The notes beneath the pieces are model-generated. The model saw only the letters and a program-made list of their open reading frames with translations, was not told the DNA's origin and ran no database searches. A DNA stretch of 64,000 nucleotides from Auanema rhodensis (Eukaryota; Animalia; Nematoda): NCBI GenBank assembly GCA_964057225.1, contig OZ059899.1, positions 9,176,001 through 9,240,000 of the forward strand, in the 5' to 3' direction. The translations under genes and the position numbers were made by a program. Positions 1 to 13,418 of this stretch are shown here, piece by piece. Position 1 is the stretch's first letter. Every line of letters begins with the position of its first letter.

Positions 1-469
1 CATCACAATTGTCTTAGTTTTTTTTCTCATAAGAGTTTCTGAAATCTTAGGTGAACAAGGCCGTATATATTTTCCTGGAATTCGAAAGCATTTGGGATGG
101 AATTTAGAAAGAAAGGAACTAGTTTTTCCTACTTTAAAACAAACAATAAGAAATAAAATGAAAAAGATTGTTAGATATCCAATTTAAACTTATACATTTA
201 CTTCGATAAAGAGCCTATTAGATTGAAATTTTATGTCTTACAGTTCTCCAACAGAACAGACTGATCCTGATTTCTCTATGATTACATAAAACTCTCGTTT
301 GATATAAAAAAAGGAGAGGAATAACGTTTTCAGGTTGTCAAGGATATCGAATCTAGTGATATTGTAGAAAAATGTAATGTCAGCTCCATAGGTTTTCTCC
401 TAATTTCTCTCATCACAATTGTCTTAGTTTTTTTTTCTCATAAGAGTTTCTGAAATCTTAGTTAAACAA

Positions 470-542
470 GGCCGCGTGGCGCAATGGATAACGCGTCTGC
501 CTACGGAGCAGAAGATTGTAGGTTCGAATCCTGCCGTGGTCG
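470..542 (+). tRNA. tRNA-Arg(ACG), consensus intact copy
   Basis: GGCCGCG/CGTGGTC acceptor stem, TCTGC-CTACGGA-GCAGA anticodon arm, GTAGG-TTCGAAT-CCTGC T arm, 73 nt, no encoded CCA, followed by T7. Confidence 0.96.
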
Positions 543-546
543 TAAA

Positions 547-553
547 TTTTTTT
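547..553 (+). terminator. RNA Pol III oligo-T terminator (representative; a T5-T8 run follows every tRNA copy)
   Basis: T7 run starting 5 nt after the discriminator base. Confidence 0.85.
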
Positions 554-3128
554 CATTTAACTTGTCATTCATAAAAATCGAATTTATTTTTTTCAATGAT
601 TTTTTTTTGCAATGTGTCATAAGAATTACACAGTTGAACAAAACGTTTTTTAAGAATTTTCTTTGTTGTCAACATATATATTTTCCTGGAATTCGAAAGC
701 ATTTGGGATGGAAATTAGAAAGAAAAGAACTACTTTTTCCTACTTTAAAACAAACAATAAGAAATAAAATGAAAAAGATTGTTAGATATCCAATTTAAAC
801 TTATACATTTACTTCGATAAAGAGCCTATTAGATTGAAATTTTATGTCTTACAGTTCTCCAACAGAACAGACTGATCCTGATTTCTCTATGATTACATAA
901 AACTCCCGTTTGATATAAAAAAAGGAGAGGAATAACGTTTCCAGGATGTCAAGGATATCGAATCTAGTGATATTGTAGAAAAATGTAATGTCAGCTCCAT
1001 AGGTTTTCTCCTAATTTCTCTCATCACAATTGTCTTAGTTTTTTTTCTCATAAGAGTTTCTGAAATCTTAGGTGAACAAGGCCGTATAAAATTTCCTGGA
1101 ATTCGAAAGCATTTGGGATGGAAATTAGAAAGAAAAGAACTAGTTTTTCCTACTTTAAAACAAACAATAAGAAATAAAATGAAAAAGATTGTTAGATATC
1201 CAATTTAAACATATACATTAACTTCGATAAAGAGCGTATTAGATTGAAATTTTATGTCTTACAGTACTCCAACAGAACAGACTGATCTTGATTTCTCTAC
1301 AATTACATAAAACTCCCGTTTGATATAAAAAAAGGAGAGGAATAATGTTTTCAGGATGTCAAGGATATCGAATCTAGTGATATTGTAGAGAAATGTAATG
1401 TCAGCTCCATAGGTTTTCTCCTAATTTCTCTCATCACAATTGTCTTAGTTTTTTTCTCATAAGAGTTTCTGAAATCTTAGGTGAACAAGGCCGTATAAAA
1501 TTTCCTGGAATTCGAAAGCATTTGGGATGGAAATTAGAAAGAAAAGAACTAGTTTTTCCTACTTTAAAACAAACAATAAGAAATAAAATGAAAAAGATTG
1601 TCAGTTATCCAATTTAAACTTATACATTTACTTCGATAAAGAGCCTATTAGTTTGAAATTTCATGTCTTACAGTTCTCCAACAGAACAGACTGATCCTGA
1701 TTTTTCTACGATTACATAAAATTCTCGTTTGATATAAAAAAAGGAGAGGAATAACGTTTCCAGGATGTCAAGGATATCGAATCTAGTGATATTGTAGAGA
1801 AATGTAATGTCAGCTCTATAGGTTTTCTCCTAATTTCTCTCATCACAATTGTCTTAGTTTTTTTTCTCATAAGAGTTTCTGAAATCTTAGGTGAACAAGG
1901 CCGTATAAAATTTCCTGGAATTCGAAAGCATTTGGGATGGAATTTAGAAAGAAAAGAACTAGTTTTTCCTACTTTAAAACAAACAATAAGAAATAAAATG
2001 AAAAAGATTGTTAGATATCCAATTTAAAATTATACATTTACTTCGATAAAGAGCCTATTAGTTTGAAATTTTATGTCTTACAGTTCTCCAACAGAACAGA
2101 CTGATCCTGATTTTTCTACGATTACATAAAATTCTCGTTTGATATAAAAAAAGGAGAGGAATAACGATTCCAGGATGTCAAGAATATCGAATCTAGTGAT
2201 ATTGTAGAAAAATGTAATGTCAGCTCCATAGGTTTTCTCCTAATTTCTCTCATCACAATTGTCTTAGTTTTTTTTCTCATAAGAGTTTCTGAAATCTTAG
2301 GTGAACAAGGCCGTATAAAATTTCCTGGAATTCGAAAGCATTTGGGATGGAAATTAGAAAGAAAAGAACTAGTTTTTCCTACTTTAAAACAAACAATACG
2401 AAATAAAATGAAAAAGATTGTTAGATATCCAATTTAAACATATACATTAACTTCGATAAAGAGCCTATTAGATTGAAATTTTATGTCTTACAGTTCTCCA
2501 ACAGAACAGACTGATCCTGATTTTTCTACGATTACATAAAACTCTCGTTTGATATAAAAAAGTAGAGGAATAACGTTTCCAGGATGTCAAGGATATCGAA
2601 TCTAGTGATATTATAGAAAAATGTAATGTCAGCTTCATAGGTTTTCTCCTAATTTCTCTCATCACAATTGTCTTAGTTTTTTTTCTCATAAGAGTTTCTG
2701 AAATCTTAGGTGAACAAGGCCGTATATAATTTCCTGGAATTCGAAAGCATTTGGGATGGAATTTAGAAAGAAAGGAACTAGTTTTTCCTACTTTAAAACA
2801 AACAATAAGAAATAAAATGAAAAAGATGGTTAGATATCCAATTTAAACTTATACATTTACTTCGATAAAGAGCCTATTAGTTTGAAATTTTATGTCTTAC
2901 AGTTCTCCAACAGAACAGACTGATCCTGATTTTTCTACGATTACATAAAACTCTCGTTTGATATAAAAAAAGGAGAGGAATAACGTTTTCAGGTTGTCAA
3001 GGATATCGAATCTAGTGATATTGTAGAAAAATGTAATGTCAGCTCCATAGGTTTTCTCCTAATTTCTCTCATCACAATTGTCTTAGTTTTTTTTTCTCAT
3101 AAGAGTTTCTGAAATCTTAGTTAAACAA

Positions 3129-3201
3129 GGCCGCGTGGCGCAATGGATAACGCGTCTGCCTACGGAGCAGAAGATTGTAGGTTCGAATCCTGCCGTGGTC
3201 G
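3129..3201 (+). tRNA. tRNA-Arg(ACG), consensus
   Basis: Identical to 470-542. Confidence 0.95.
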
Positions 3202-3738
3202 TAAATTTTTTTCATTTAACTTGTCATTCATAAAAATCGAATTTATTTTTTTCAATGATTTTTTTTTGCAATGTGTCATAAGAATTACACAGTTGAACAA
3301 AACGTTTTTTAAGAATTTTCTTTGTTGTCAACATATATATTTTCCTGGAATTCGAAAGCATTTGGGATGGAAATTAGAAAGAAAAGAACTAGTTTTTCCT
3401 ACTTTAAAACAAACAATAAGAAATAAAATGAAAAAGATTGTTAGATATCCAATTTAAACTTATACATTTACTTCGATAAAGAGCCTATTAGATTGAAATT
3501 TTATGTCTTACAGTTCTCCAACAGAACAGACTGATCCTGATTTCTCTATGATTACATAAAACTCCCGTTTGATATAAAAAAAGGAGAGGAATAACGTTTC
3601 CAGGATGTCAAGGATATCGAATCTAGTGATATTGTAGAAAAATGTAATGTCAGCTCCATAGGTTTTCTCCTAATTTCTCTCATCACAATTGTCTTAGTTT
3701 TTTTTCTCATAAGAGTTTCTGAAATCTTAGGTGAACAA

Positions 3739-6700
3739 GGCCGTATAAAATTTCCTGGAATTCGAAAGCATTTGGGATGGAAATTAGAAAGAAAAGAACT
3801 AGTTTTTCCTACTTTAAAACAAACAATACGAAATAAAATGAAAAAGATTGTTAGATATCCAATTTAAACATATACATTAACTTCGATAAAGAGCCTATTA
3901 GATTGAAATTTTATGTCTTACAGTTCTCCAACAGAACAGACTGATCCTGATTTTTCTACGATTACATAAAACTCTCGTTTGATATAAAAAAGGAGAGGAA
4001 TAACGTTTCCAGGATGTCAAGGATATCGAATCTAGTGATATTATAGAAAAATGTAATGTCAGCTCCATAGGTTTTCTCCTAATTTCTCTCATCACAATTG
4101 TCTTAGTTTTTTTTCTCATAAGAGTTTCTGAAATCTTAGGTGAACAAGGCCGTATATATTTTCCTGGAATTCGAAAGCATTTGGGATGGAATTTAGAAAG
4201 AAAGGAACTAGTTTTTCCTACTTTAAAACAAACAATAAGAAATAAAATGAAAAAGATTGTTAGATATCCAATTTAAACTTATACATTTACTTCGATAAAG
4301 AGCCTATTAGATTGAAATTTTATGTCTTACAGTTCTCCAACAGAACAGACTGATCCTGATTTCTCTATGATTACATAAAACTCCCGTTTGATATAAAAAA
4401 AGGAGAGGAATAACGTTTCCAGGATGTCAAGGATATCGAATCTAGTGATATTGTAGAGAAATGTAATGTCAGCTTCATAGCTTTTCTCTTGATTTCTCTC
4501 ATCACAATTGTCTTAGTTTTTTTTCTCATAAGAGTTTCTGAAATCTTAGGTGAACAAGGCCGTATAAAATTTCCTGGAATTCGAAAGCATTTGGGATGGA
4601 ATTTAGAAAGAAAAGAACTAGTTTTTCCTACTTTAAAACAAACAATAAGAAATAAAATGAAAAAGATTGTTAGATATCCAATTTAAACTTATACATTTAC
4701 TTCGATAAAGAGCCTATTAGTTTGAAATTTTATGTCTTACAGTTCTCCAACAGAACAGACTGATCCTGATTTTTCTACGATTACATAAAATTCTCGTTTT
4801 ATATAAAAAAAGGAGAGGAATAACGATTCCAGGATGTCAAGGATATCGAATCTAGTGATATTGTAGAAAAATGTAATGTCAGCTCCATAGGTTTTCTCCT
4901 AATTTCTCTCATCACAATTGTCTTAGTTTTTTTTTCTCATAAGAGTTTCTGAAATCTTAGGTGAACAAGGCCGTATAAAATTTCCTGGAATTCGAAAGCA
5001 TTTGGGATGGAATTTAGAAAGAAAGGAACTAGTTTTTCCTACTTTAAAACAAACAATAAGAAATAAAATGAAAAAGATTGTTAGATATCCAATTTAAACT
5101 TATACATTTACTTCGATAAAGAGCCTATTAGTTTGAAATTTTATGTCTTACAGTTCTCCAACAGAACAGACTGATCCTGATTTTTCTACGATTACATAAA
5201 ATTCTCGTTTTATATAAAAAAAGGAGAGGAATAACGATTCCAGGATGTCAAGGATATCGAATCTAGTGATATTGTAGAAAAATGTAATGTCAGCTCCATA
5301 GGTTTTCTCCTAATTTCTCTCATCACAATTGTCTTAGTTTTTTTTTCTCATAAGAGTTTCTGAAATCTTAGGTGAACAAGGCCGTATAAAATTTCCTGGA
5401 ATTCGAAAGCATTTGGGATGGAAATTAGAAAGAAAAGAACTAGTTTTTCCTACTTTAAAACAAACAATACGAAATAAAATGAAAAAGATTGTTAGATATC
5501 CAATTTAAACATATACATTAACTTCGATAAAGAGCCTATTAGATTGAAATTTTATGTCTTACAGTTCTCCAACAGAACAGACTGATCCTGATTTTTCTAC
5601 GATTACATAAAACTCTCGTTTGATATAAAAAAGGAGAGGAATAACGTTTCCAGGATGTCAAGGATATCGAATCTAGTGATATTATAGAAAAATGTAATGT
5701 CAGCTCCATAGGTTTTCTCCTAATTTCTCTCATCACAATTGTCTTAGTTTTTTTTCTCATAAGAGTTTCTGAAATCTTAGGTGAACAAGGCCGTATATAA
5801 TTTCCTGGAATTCGAAAGCATTTGGGATGGAATTTAGAAAGAAAGGAACTAGTTTTTCCTACTTTAAAACAAACAATAAGAAATAAAATGAAAAAGATTG
5901 TTAGATATCCAATTTAAACATATACATTTACTTCGATAAAGAGCCTATTAGTTTGAAATTTTATGTCTTACAGTTCTCCAACAGAACAGACTGATCCTGA
6001 TTTTTCTACGATTACATAAAATTCTCGTTTTATATAAAAAAAGGAGAGGAATAACGATTCCAGGATGTCAAGGATAACGAATCTAGTGATATTATAGAAA
6101 AATGTAATGTCAGCTCCATAGGTTTTCTCCTAATTTCTCTCATCACAATTGTCTTAGTTTTTTTTCTCATAAGAGTTTCTGAAATCTTAGGTGAACAAGG
6201 CCGTATATATTTTTTTCTGGAATTCGAAAGCATTTGGGATGGAAATTAGAAAGAAAAGAACTAGTTTTTCCTACTTTAAAACAAACAATAAGAAATAAAA
6301 TAAAAAAGATTGTTAGATATCCAATTTAAACTTATACATTTACTTCGATAAAGAGCCTATTAGTTTGAAATTTTATGTCTTACAGTTCTCCAACAGAACA
6401 GACTGATCCTGAATTCTCTATGATTATATAAAACTCTCGTTTGATATAAAAAAAGAAGAGGAATAACGTTTCCAGGATGTCAATGATATCGAATCTAGTG
6501 ATATTGTGAAAAAATGTAATGTCAGCTCCATAGGTTTTCTCTTAATTTCTCTCATCACAATTGTCTTAGTTTTTTTTCTCATAAGAGTTTCTGAAATCTT
6601 AGGTGAACAAGGCCGTATATATTTTTTTCTGGAATTCGAAAGCATTTGGGATGGACATTAGAAGGAAAAGAACTAGTTTTTCCTACTTTAAAACAAACAA

Positions 6701-7020
6701 TAAGAAATAAAATAAAAAAGATTGTTAGATATCCAATTTAAACTTATACATTTACTTTGATAAAGAGCCTATTAGTTTCAAATTTTATGTCTTACAGTTC
6801 TCCAACAGAACAGACTGATCCTGATTTCTCTATGATTACATAAAACTCTCGTTTGATATACAAAAAGGAGAGGAATAACGTATCCAGGATATCAATGATA
6901 TCGAATCTAGTGATATTGTAGAAAAATGTAATGTCAGCTCCATAGTTTTTCTCTAAATTTCTCTCATCACAATTGTCTTATTTTTTTTTCATAAGAGTTT
7001 CTGAAATCTTAGTTGAACAA
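3739..7020 (+). repeat. Run of eight consecutive ~410-bp tRNA-less monomers (longest empty run)
   Basis: GGCCG-TATA junction at about 3739, 4148, 4558, 4969, 5380, 5789, 6199, 6611. Confidence 0.9.
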
Positions 7021-7093
7021 GGCCGCGTGGCGCAATGGATAACGCGTCTGCCTACGGAGCAGAAGATTGTAGGTTCGAATCCTGCCGTGGTCG
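7021..7093 (+). tRNA. tRNA-Arg(ACG), consensus
   Basis: Identical to 470-542. Confidence 0.95.
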
Positions 7094-7630
7094 TAAATTT
7101 TTTTCATTTCACTTGTCATTTACAAAAATCAAATTTATCTTCTTCAACGATTATTTTTGCAATGTGTCATAAAAATTTCACAGTTGAACAAAACGTTTTT
7201 TAAGAATTTTTTTTGTTGTCAACATATATATTTTCCTGGAATTCGAAAGCATTTGGGATGGAAATTAGAAAGAAAAGAACTAGTTTTTCCTATTTTAAAA
7301 CAAACAAAAAAAAATAAAATGAAAAAGATTGTTAGATATCCAATTTAAACTTATACATTTACTTCGATAAAGAGCCTATTAGTTTGAAATTTTATGTCTT
7401 ACAGTTCTCCAACAGAACAGACTGATCCTGATTTTTCTACGATTACATAAAACTCTCGTTTGATATAAAAAAAGAAGAGGAATAACGTTTCCAGGATGTC
7501 AAGGATATCGAATCTAGTGATATTGTAGAAAAATGTAATGTCAGCTCCATAGGTTTTCTCCTAATTTCTCTCATCACAATTGTCTTAGTTTTTTTTTCTC
7601 ATAAGAGTTTCTGAAATCTCAGTTAAACAA

Positions 7631-7703
7631 GGCCGCGTGGCGCAATGGATAACGCGTCTGCCTACGGAGCAGAAGATTGTAGGTTCGATTCCTGCCGTGG
7701 TCG
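7631..7703 (+). tRNA. tRNA-Arg(ACG), A59T, structurally intact
   Basis: T loop TTCGATT; otherwise consensus. Confidence 0.92.
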
Positions 7704-8241
7704 TAAATTTTTTTTATTTCACTTGTCATTCATAAAAATCGAATTTATTTTTTTCAATGATTTTTTTTTGCAATGTGTCATAAGAATTTCACAGTTTAAC
7801 AAAACGTTTTTTAAGAAGTTTTTTTGTTGTCAACATATATATTTTGCTGGAATTCGAAAGCATTTGGGATGGAAATTAGAAAGAAAAGAACTAGTTTTTC
7901 CTACTTTAAAACAAACAATAAGAAATAAAATGAAAAAGATTGTTAGATATCCAATTTAAACTTATACATTTACTTCGATAAAGAGCCTATTAGATTAAAA
8001 GTTTATGTCTTACAGTTCTCCAACAGAACAGACTGATCCTGATTTTTCTACGATTACATAAAATTCTCGTTTGATATAAAAAAAGGAGAGGAATAACGTT
8101 TCCTGGATGTCAAGGATATCGAATCTAGTGATATTGTAGAGAAATGTAATGTCAGCTTCATAGCTTTTCTCTTGATTTCTCTCATCACAATTGTCTTAGT
8201 TTTTTTTTCTCATAAGAGTTTCTGAAATCTTAGTTGAACAA

Positions 8242-8314
8242 GGCAGCGTGGCGCAATGGATAACGCGTCTGCCTGCGGAGCAGAAGATTGTAGGTTCGAA
8301 TCCTGCCGTGGTCG
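8242..8314 (+). tRNA. tRNA-Arg variant with anticodon GCG (A34G) and C4A; possible pseudogene
   Basis: Anticodon loop CTGCGGA; 5' end GGCAGCG gives an A4-G69 mismatch. Confidence 0.7.
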
Positions 8315-10494
8315 TAAATTTTTTTCATTTCACTTGTCATTCATAAAAATCGAATTTATCTTTTCCAACGATTATTTTTGCAATGTGTCATAAAAATTTC
8401 ACAGTTTAACAAAACGTTTTTTAAGAAGTTTTTTGTTGTCAACATATATATTTTGCTGGAATTCGAAAGCATTTGGGATAGAAATTAGAAAGAAAAGAAC
8501 AAGTTTTTCCTACTTTAAAACAAACAATACGAAATAAAATGAAAAAGATTGTTAGATATCCAATTTAAACTTATACATTTACTTCGATAAAGAGCCTGTT
8601 AGTTTGAAATTTTATGTCTTACAGTTCTCCAACAGAACAGACTGATCCTGATTTTTCTACGATTACATAAAACTCTCGTTTGATATAAAAAAAGGAGAGG
8701 AATAACGTTTCCAGGATGTCAAGGATATCGAATCTAGTGATATTGTAGAAAAATGTAATGTCAGCTCCATAGGTTTTCTCCTAATTTCTCTCATCACAAT
8801 TGTCTTAGTTTTTTTTCTCATAAGAGTTTCTGAAATCTTAGGTGAACAAGACCGTATATAATTTCCTGGAATTGGAAAGCATTTGGGATGGAATTTAGAA
8901 AGAAAAGAACTAGTTTTTCCTACTTTAAAACAAACAATAAGAAATAAAATGAAAAAGATTGTTAGATATCCAATTTAAACTTATACATTTACTTCGATAA
9001 AGAGCCTATTAGTTTGAAATTTTATGTCTTACAGTTCTCCAACAGAACAGACTGATCCTGATTTTTCTACGATTACATAAAACTCTCGTTTGATATAAAA
9101 AAAGGAGAGGAATAACGTTTCCAGGATGTCAAGGATATCGAATCTAGTGATATTGTAGAAAAATGTAATGTCAGCTCCATAGGTTTTCTCCTAATTTCTC
9201 TCATCACAATTGTCTTAGTTTTTTTTCTCATAAGAGTTTCTGAAATCTTAGGTGAACAAGGCCGTATATAATTTCCTGGAATTCGAAAGCATTTGGGATG
9301 GAATTTAGAAAGAAAGGAACTAGTTTTTCCTACTTTAAAACAAACAATAAGAAATAAAATGAAAAAGATTGTTAGATATCCAATTTAAACATATACATTT
9401 ACTTCGATAAAGAGCCTATTAGTTTGAAATTTTATGTCTTACAGTTCTCCAACAGAACAGACTGATCCTGATTTTTCTACGATTACATAAAATTCTCGTT
9501 TTATATAAAAAAAGGAGAGGAATAACGATTCCAGGATGTCAAGGATAACGAATCTAGTGATATTATAGAAAAATGTAATGTCAGCTCCATAGGTTTTCTC
9601 CTAATTTCTCTCATCACAATTGTCTTAGTTTTTTTTCTCATAAGAGTTTCTGAAATCTTAGGTGAACAAGGCCGTATATATTTTTTTCTGGAATTCGAAA
9701 GCATTTGGGATGGAAATTAGAAAGAAAAGAACTAGTTTTTCCTACTTTAAAACAAACAATAAGAAATAAAATAAAAAAGATTGTTAGATATCCAATTTAA
9801 ACTTATACATTTACTTCGATAAAGAGCCTATTAGTTTGAAATTTTATGTCTTACAGTTCTCCAACAGAACAGACTGATCCTGAATTCTCTATGATTATAT
9901 AAAACTCTCGTTTGATATAAAAAAAGAAGAGGAATAACGTTTCCAGGATGTCAATGATATCGAATCTAGTGATATTGTGAAAAAATGTAATGTCAGCTCC
10001 ATAGGTTTTCTCTTAATTTCTCTCATCACAATTGTCTTAGTTTTTTTTCTCATAAGAGTTTCTGAAATCTTAGGTGAACAAGGCCGTATATATTTTTTTC
10101 TGGAATTCGAAAGCATTTGGGATGGACATTAGAAGGAAAAGAACTAGTTTTTCCTACTTTAAAACAAACAATAAGAAATAAAATAAAAAAGATTGTTAGA
10201 TATCCAATTTAAACTTATACATTTACTTTGATAAAGAGCCTATTAGTTTCAAATTTTATGTCTTACAGTTCTCCAACAGAACAGACTGATCCTGATTTTT
10301 CTACGATTACATAAAACTCTCGTTTGATATAAAAAAAGCAGAGGAATAACGTTTCCAGGATGTCAAGGATATCGAATCTAGTGATATTGTAGAAAAATGT
10401 AATGTCAGCTCCATAGGTTTTCTCCTAATTTCTCTCATCACAATTGTCTTAGTTTTTTTTTCTCATAAGAGTTTCTGAAATCTTAGTTGAACAA

Positions 10495-10567
10495 GGCAGC
10501 GTGGCGCAATGGATAACGCGTCTGCCTACGGAGCAGAAGATTGTAGGTTCGAATCCAGCCGTGGTCG
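10495..10567 (+). tRNA. tRNA-Arg(ACG) variant C4A, T63A; probable pseudogene
   Basis: GGCAGCG…AATCCAGCC; acceptor and T-stem mismatches. Confidence 0.7.
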
Positions 10568-11514
10568 TAAATTTTTTTCATTTCACTTGTCATTTACAAA
10601 AATCGAATTTATCTTCTTCAACGATTATTTTTGCAATGTGTCATAAGAATTTCACAGTTGAACAAAACGTTTTTTAAGAAGTTTTTTTGTTGTCAACATA
10701 TATATTTTCCTGGAATTCGAAAGCATTTGGGATGGAAATTAGAAAGACAAGAACTAGTTTTTCCTACTTTAAAACAAACAATACGAAATAAAATGAAAAA
10801 GATTGTTAGATATCCAATTTAAACATATACATTAACTTCGATAAAGAGCCTATTAGATCGAAATTTTATGTCTTACAGTTCTCCAACAGAACAGACTGAT
10901 CCTGATTTTTCTACGATTACATAAAACTCTCGTTTGATATAAAAAAGGAGAGGAATAACGTTTCCAGGATGTCAAGGATATCGAATCTAGTGATATTGTA
11001 GAAAAATGTAATGTCAGCTCCATAGGTTTTCTCCTAATTTCTCTCATCACAATTGTCTTAGTTTTTTTTTCTCATAAGAGTTTCTGAAATCTTAGTTGAA
11101 CAAGGCTGTATATAATTTCCTGGAATTCGAAAGCATTTGGGATGGAATTTAGAAAGAAAGGAACTAGTTTTTCCTACTTTAAAACAAACAATAAGAAATA
11201 AAATGAAAAAGATTGTTAGATATCCAATTTAAACTTATACATTTACTTCGATAAAGAGCCTATTAGTTTGAAATTTTATGTCTTACAGTTCTCCAACAGA
11301 ACAGACTGATCCTGATTTTTCTACGATCACATAAAACTCTCGTTTGATATAAAAAAAGGAGAGGAATAACGTTTTCAGGATGTCAAGGATATCGAATCTA
11401 GTGATATTGTAAAAAAATGTAATGTCAGCTCCATAGGTTTTCTCCTAATTTCTCTCATCACAATTGTCTTAGTTTTTTTTTCTCATAAGAGTTTCTGAAA
11501 TCTTAGTTGAACAA

Positions 11515-11587
11515 GGCCGCGTGGCGCAATGGATAACGCGTCTGCCTACGGAGCAGAAGATTGTAGGTTCGAATCCTGCCGTGGTCG
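11515..11587 (+). tRNA. tRNA-Arg(ACG), consensus
   Basis: Identical to consensus. Confidence 0.95.
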
Positions 11588-12125
11588 TAAATTTTTCTCA
11601 TTTCACTTGTCATTCATAAAAATCGAATTTATTTTTTTCAATGATTTTTTTTTGCAATGTGTCATAAGAATTACACAGTTGAACAAAACGTTTTTTAAGA
11701 ATTTTCTTTGTTGTCAACATATATATTTTCCTGGAATTCGAAAGCATTTGGGATGGAAATTAGAAAGAAAAGAACTAGTTTTTCCTACTTTAAAACAAAC
11801 AATAAGAAATAAAATGAAAAAGATTGTTAGATATCCAATTTAAACTTATACATTTAGTTCGATAAAGAGCCTATTAGTTTGAAATTTTATGTCTTACAGT
11901 TCTCCAACAGAACAGACTGATCCTGATTTTTCTACGATTACATAAAATTCTCGTTTGATATAAAAAAAGGAGAGGAATAACGTTTCCAGGATGTCAAGGA
12001 TATCGAATCTAGTGATATTGTAGAAAAATGTAATGTCAGCTGCATAGGTTTTCTCCTAATTTCTCTCATCACAATAGTCTTAGTTTTTTTTTCTCATAAG
12101 AGTTTCTGAAATCTTAGTTGAACAA

Positions 12126-12198
12126 GGCAGCGTGGCGCAATGGATAACGCGTCTGCCTACGGAGCAGAAGATTGTAGGTTCGAATCCTGCCGTGGTCG
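12126..12198 (+). tRNA. tRNA-Arg(ACG) variant C4A
   Basis: GGCAGCG; one acceptor-stem mismatch. Confidence 0.8.
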
Positions 12199-12734
12199 TA
12201 ATTTTTTTTCATTTCACTTGTCATTCATAAAAATCGAATTTATCTTTTTCAACGATTATTTTTGCAATGTGTCATAAAAATTTCACAGTTTAACAAAACG
12301 TTTTTTAAGAAGTTTTTTTGTTGTCAACATATATATTTTGCTGGAATTCGAAAGCATTTGGGATAGAAATTAGAAAGAAAAGAACTAGTTTTTCCTACTT
12401 TAAAACAAACAATACGAAATAAAATGAAAAAGATTGTTAGATATCCAATTTAAACATATACATTAACTTCGATAAAGAGCCTATTAGATTGAAATTTTAT
12501 GTCTTACAGTTCTCCAACAGAACAGACTGATCCTGATTTTTCTACGATTCCATAAAACTCTCGTTTGATATAAAAAAAAGAGAGGAATAACGTTTTCAGG
12601 ATGTCAAGGATATCGAATCTAGTGATATTGTAGAAAAATGTAATGTCAGCTCCATAGGTTTTCTCCTAATTTCTCTCATCACAATTGTCTTAGTTTTTTT
12701 TCTCATAAGAGTTTCTGAAATCTTAGTTGAACAA

Positions 12735-12807
12735 GGCCGCGTGGCGCAATGGATAACGCGTCCGCCTACTTAGCAGAAGATTGTAGGTTCGAATCCTGCC
12801 GTGGTCG
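12735..12807 (+). tRNA. tRNA-Arg-derived gene with anticodon ACT (Ser); T29C, G36T, G37T; probable pseudogene
   Basis: Anticodon arm TCCGC-CTACTTA-GCAGA. Confidence 0.7.
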
Positions 12808-13345
12808 TAAATTTTTTTCATTTCACTTGTCATTCATAAAAATCGAATTTATTTTTTTCAATGGTTTTTTTTTGCAATGTGTCATAAGAATTACACAGTT
12901 GAACAAAACGTTTTTTAAGAATTTTCTTTGTTGTCAACATATATATTTTCCTGGTATTCGAAAGCATTTGGGATGGAAATTAGAAAGAAAAGAACTAGTT
13001 TTTCCTACTTTAAAACAAACAATAAGAAATAAAATGAAAAAGATTGTTAGATATCCAATTTAAACTTATACATTTACTTCGATAAAGAGCCTATTAGTTT
13101 GAAATTTTATGTCTTACAGTTCTCCAACAGAACAGACTGATCCTGATTTTTCTACGATTACATAAAATTCTCGTTTGATATAAAAAAAGGAGAGGAATAA
13201 CGTTTCCAGGATGTCAAGGATATCGAATCTAGTGATATTGTAGAAAAATGTAATGTCAGCTCCATAGGTTTTCTCCTAATTTCTCTCATCACAATTGTCT
13301 TAGTTTTTTTTTCTCATAAGAGTTTCTGAAATCTTAGTTGAACAA

Positions 13346-13418
13346 GGCCGCGTGGCGCAATGGATAACGCGTCTGCCTACGGAGCAGAAGATTGTAGGTT
13401 CGAATCCTGCCGTGGGCG
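13346..13418 (+). tRNA. tRNA-Arg(ACG) variant T71G
   Basis: 3' end CGTGGGCG; G2-G71 mismatch. Confidence 0.8.

Noticed and set aside
72-86. TTCCTGGAA-TTCGAA (STAT/GAS-like site and short palindromes) in each monomer
   Set aside because: Short motifs, mutated in many units (TTGCTGG, GGTATTC); recurrence only reflects the repeat
341-354. B-box-like AGGATATCGAATCT in the spacer as a second degenerate tRNA
   Set aside because: No cloverleaf or A box could be built around it; the match to GGTTCGAATCC is weak
475-674. tRNA-derived SINE or mobile cassette inserted into a satellite
   Set aside because: No target-site duplication or A-tail, and empty units keep tRNA nt 1-5, which fits deletion rather than insertion
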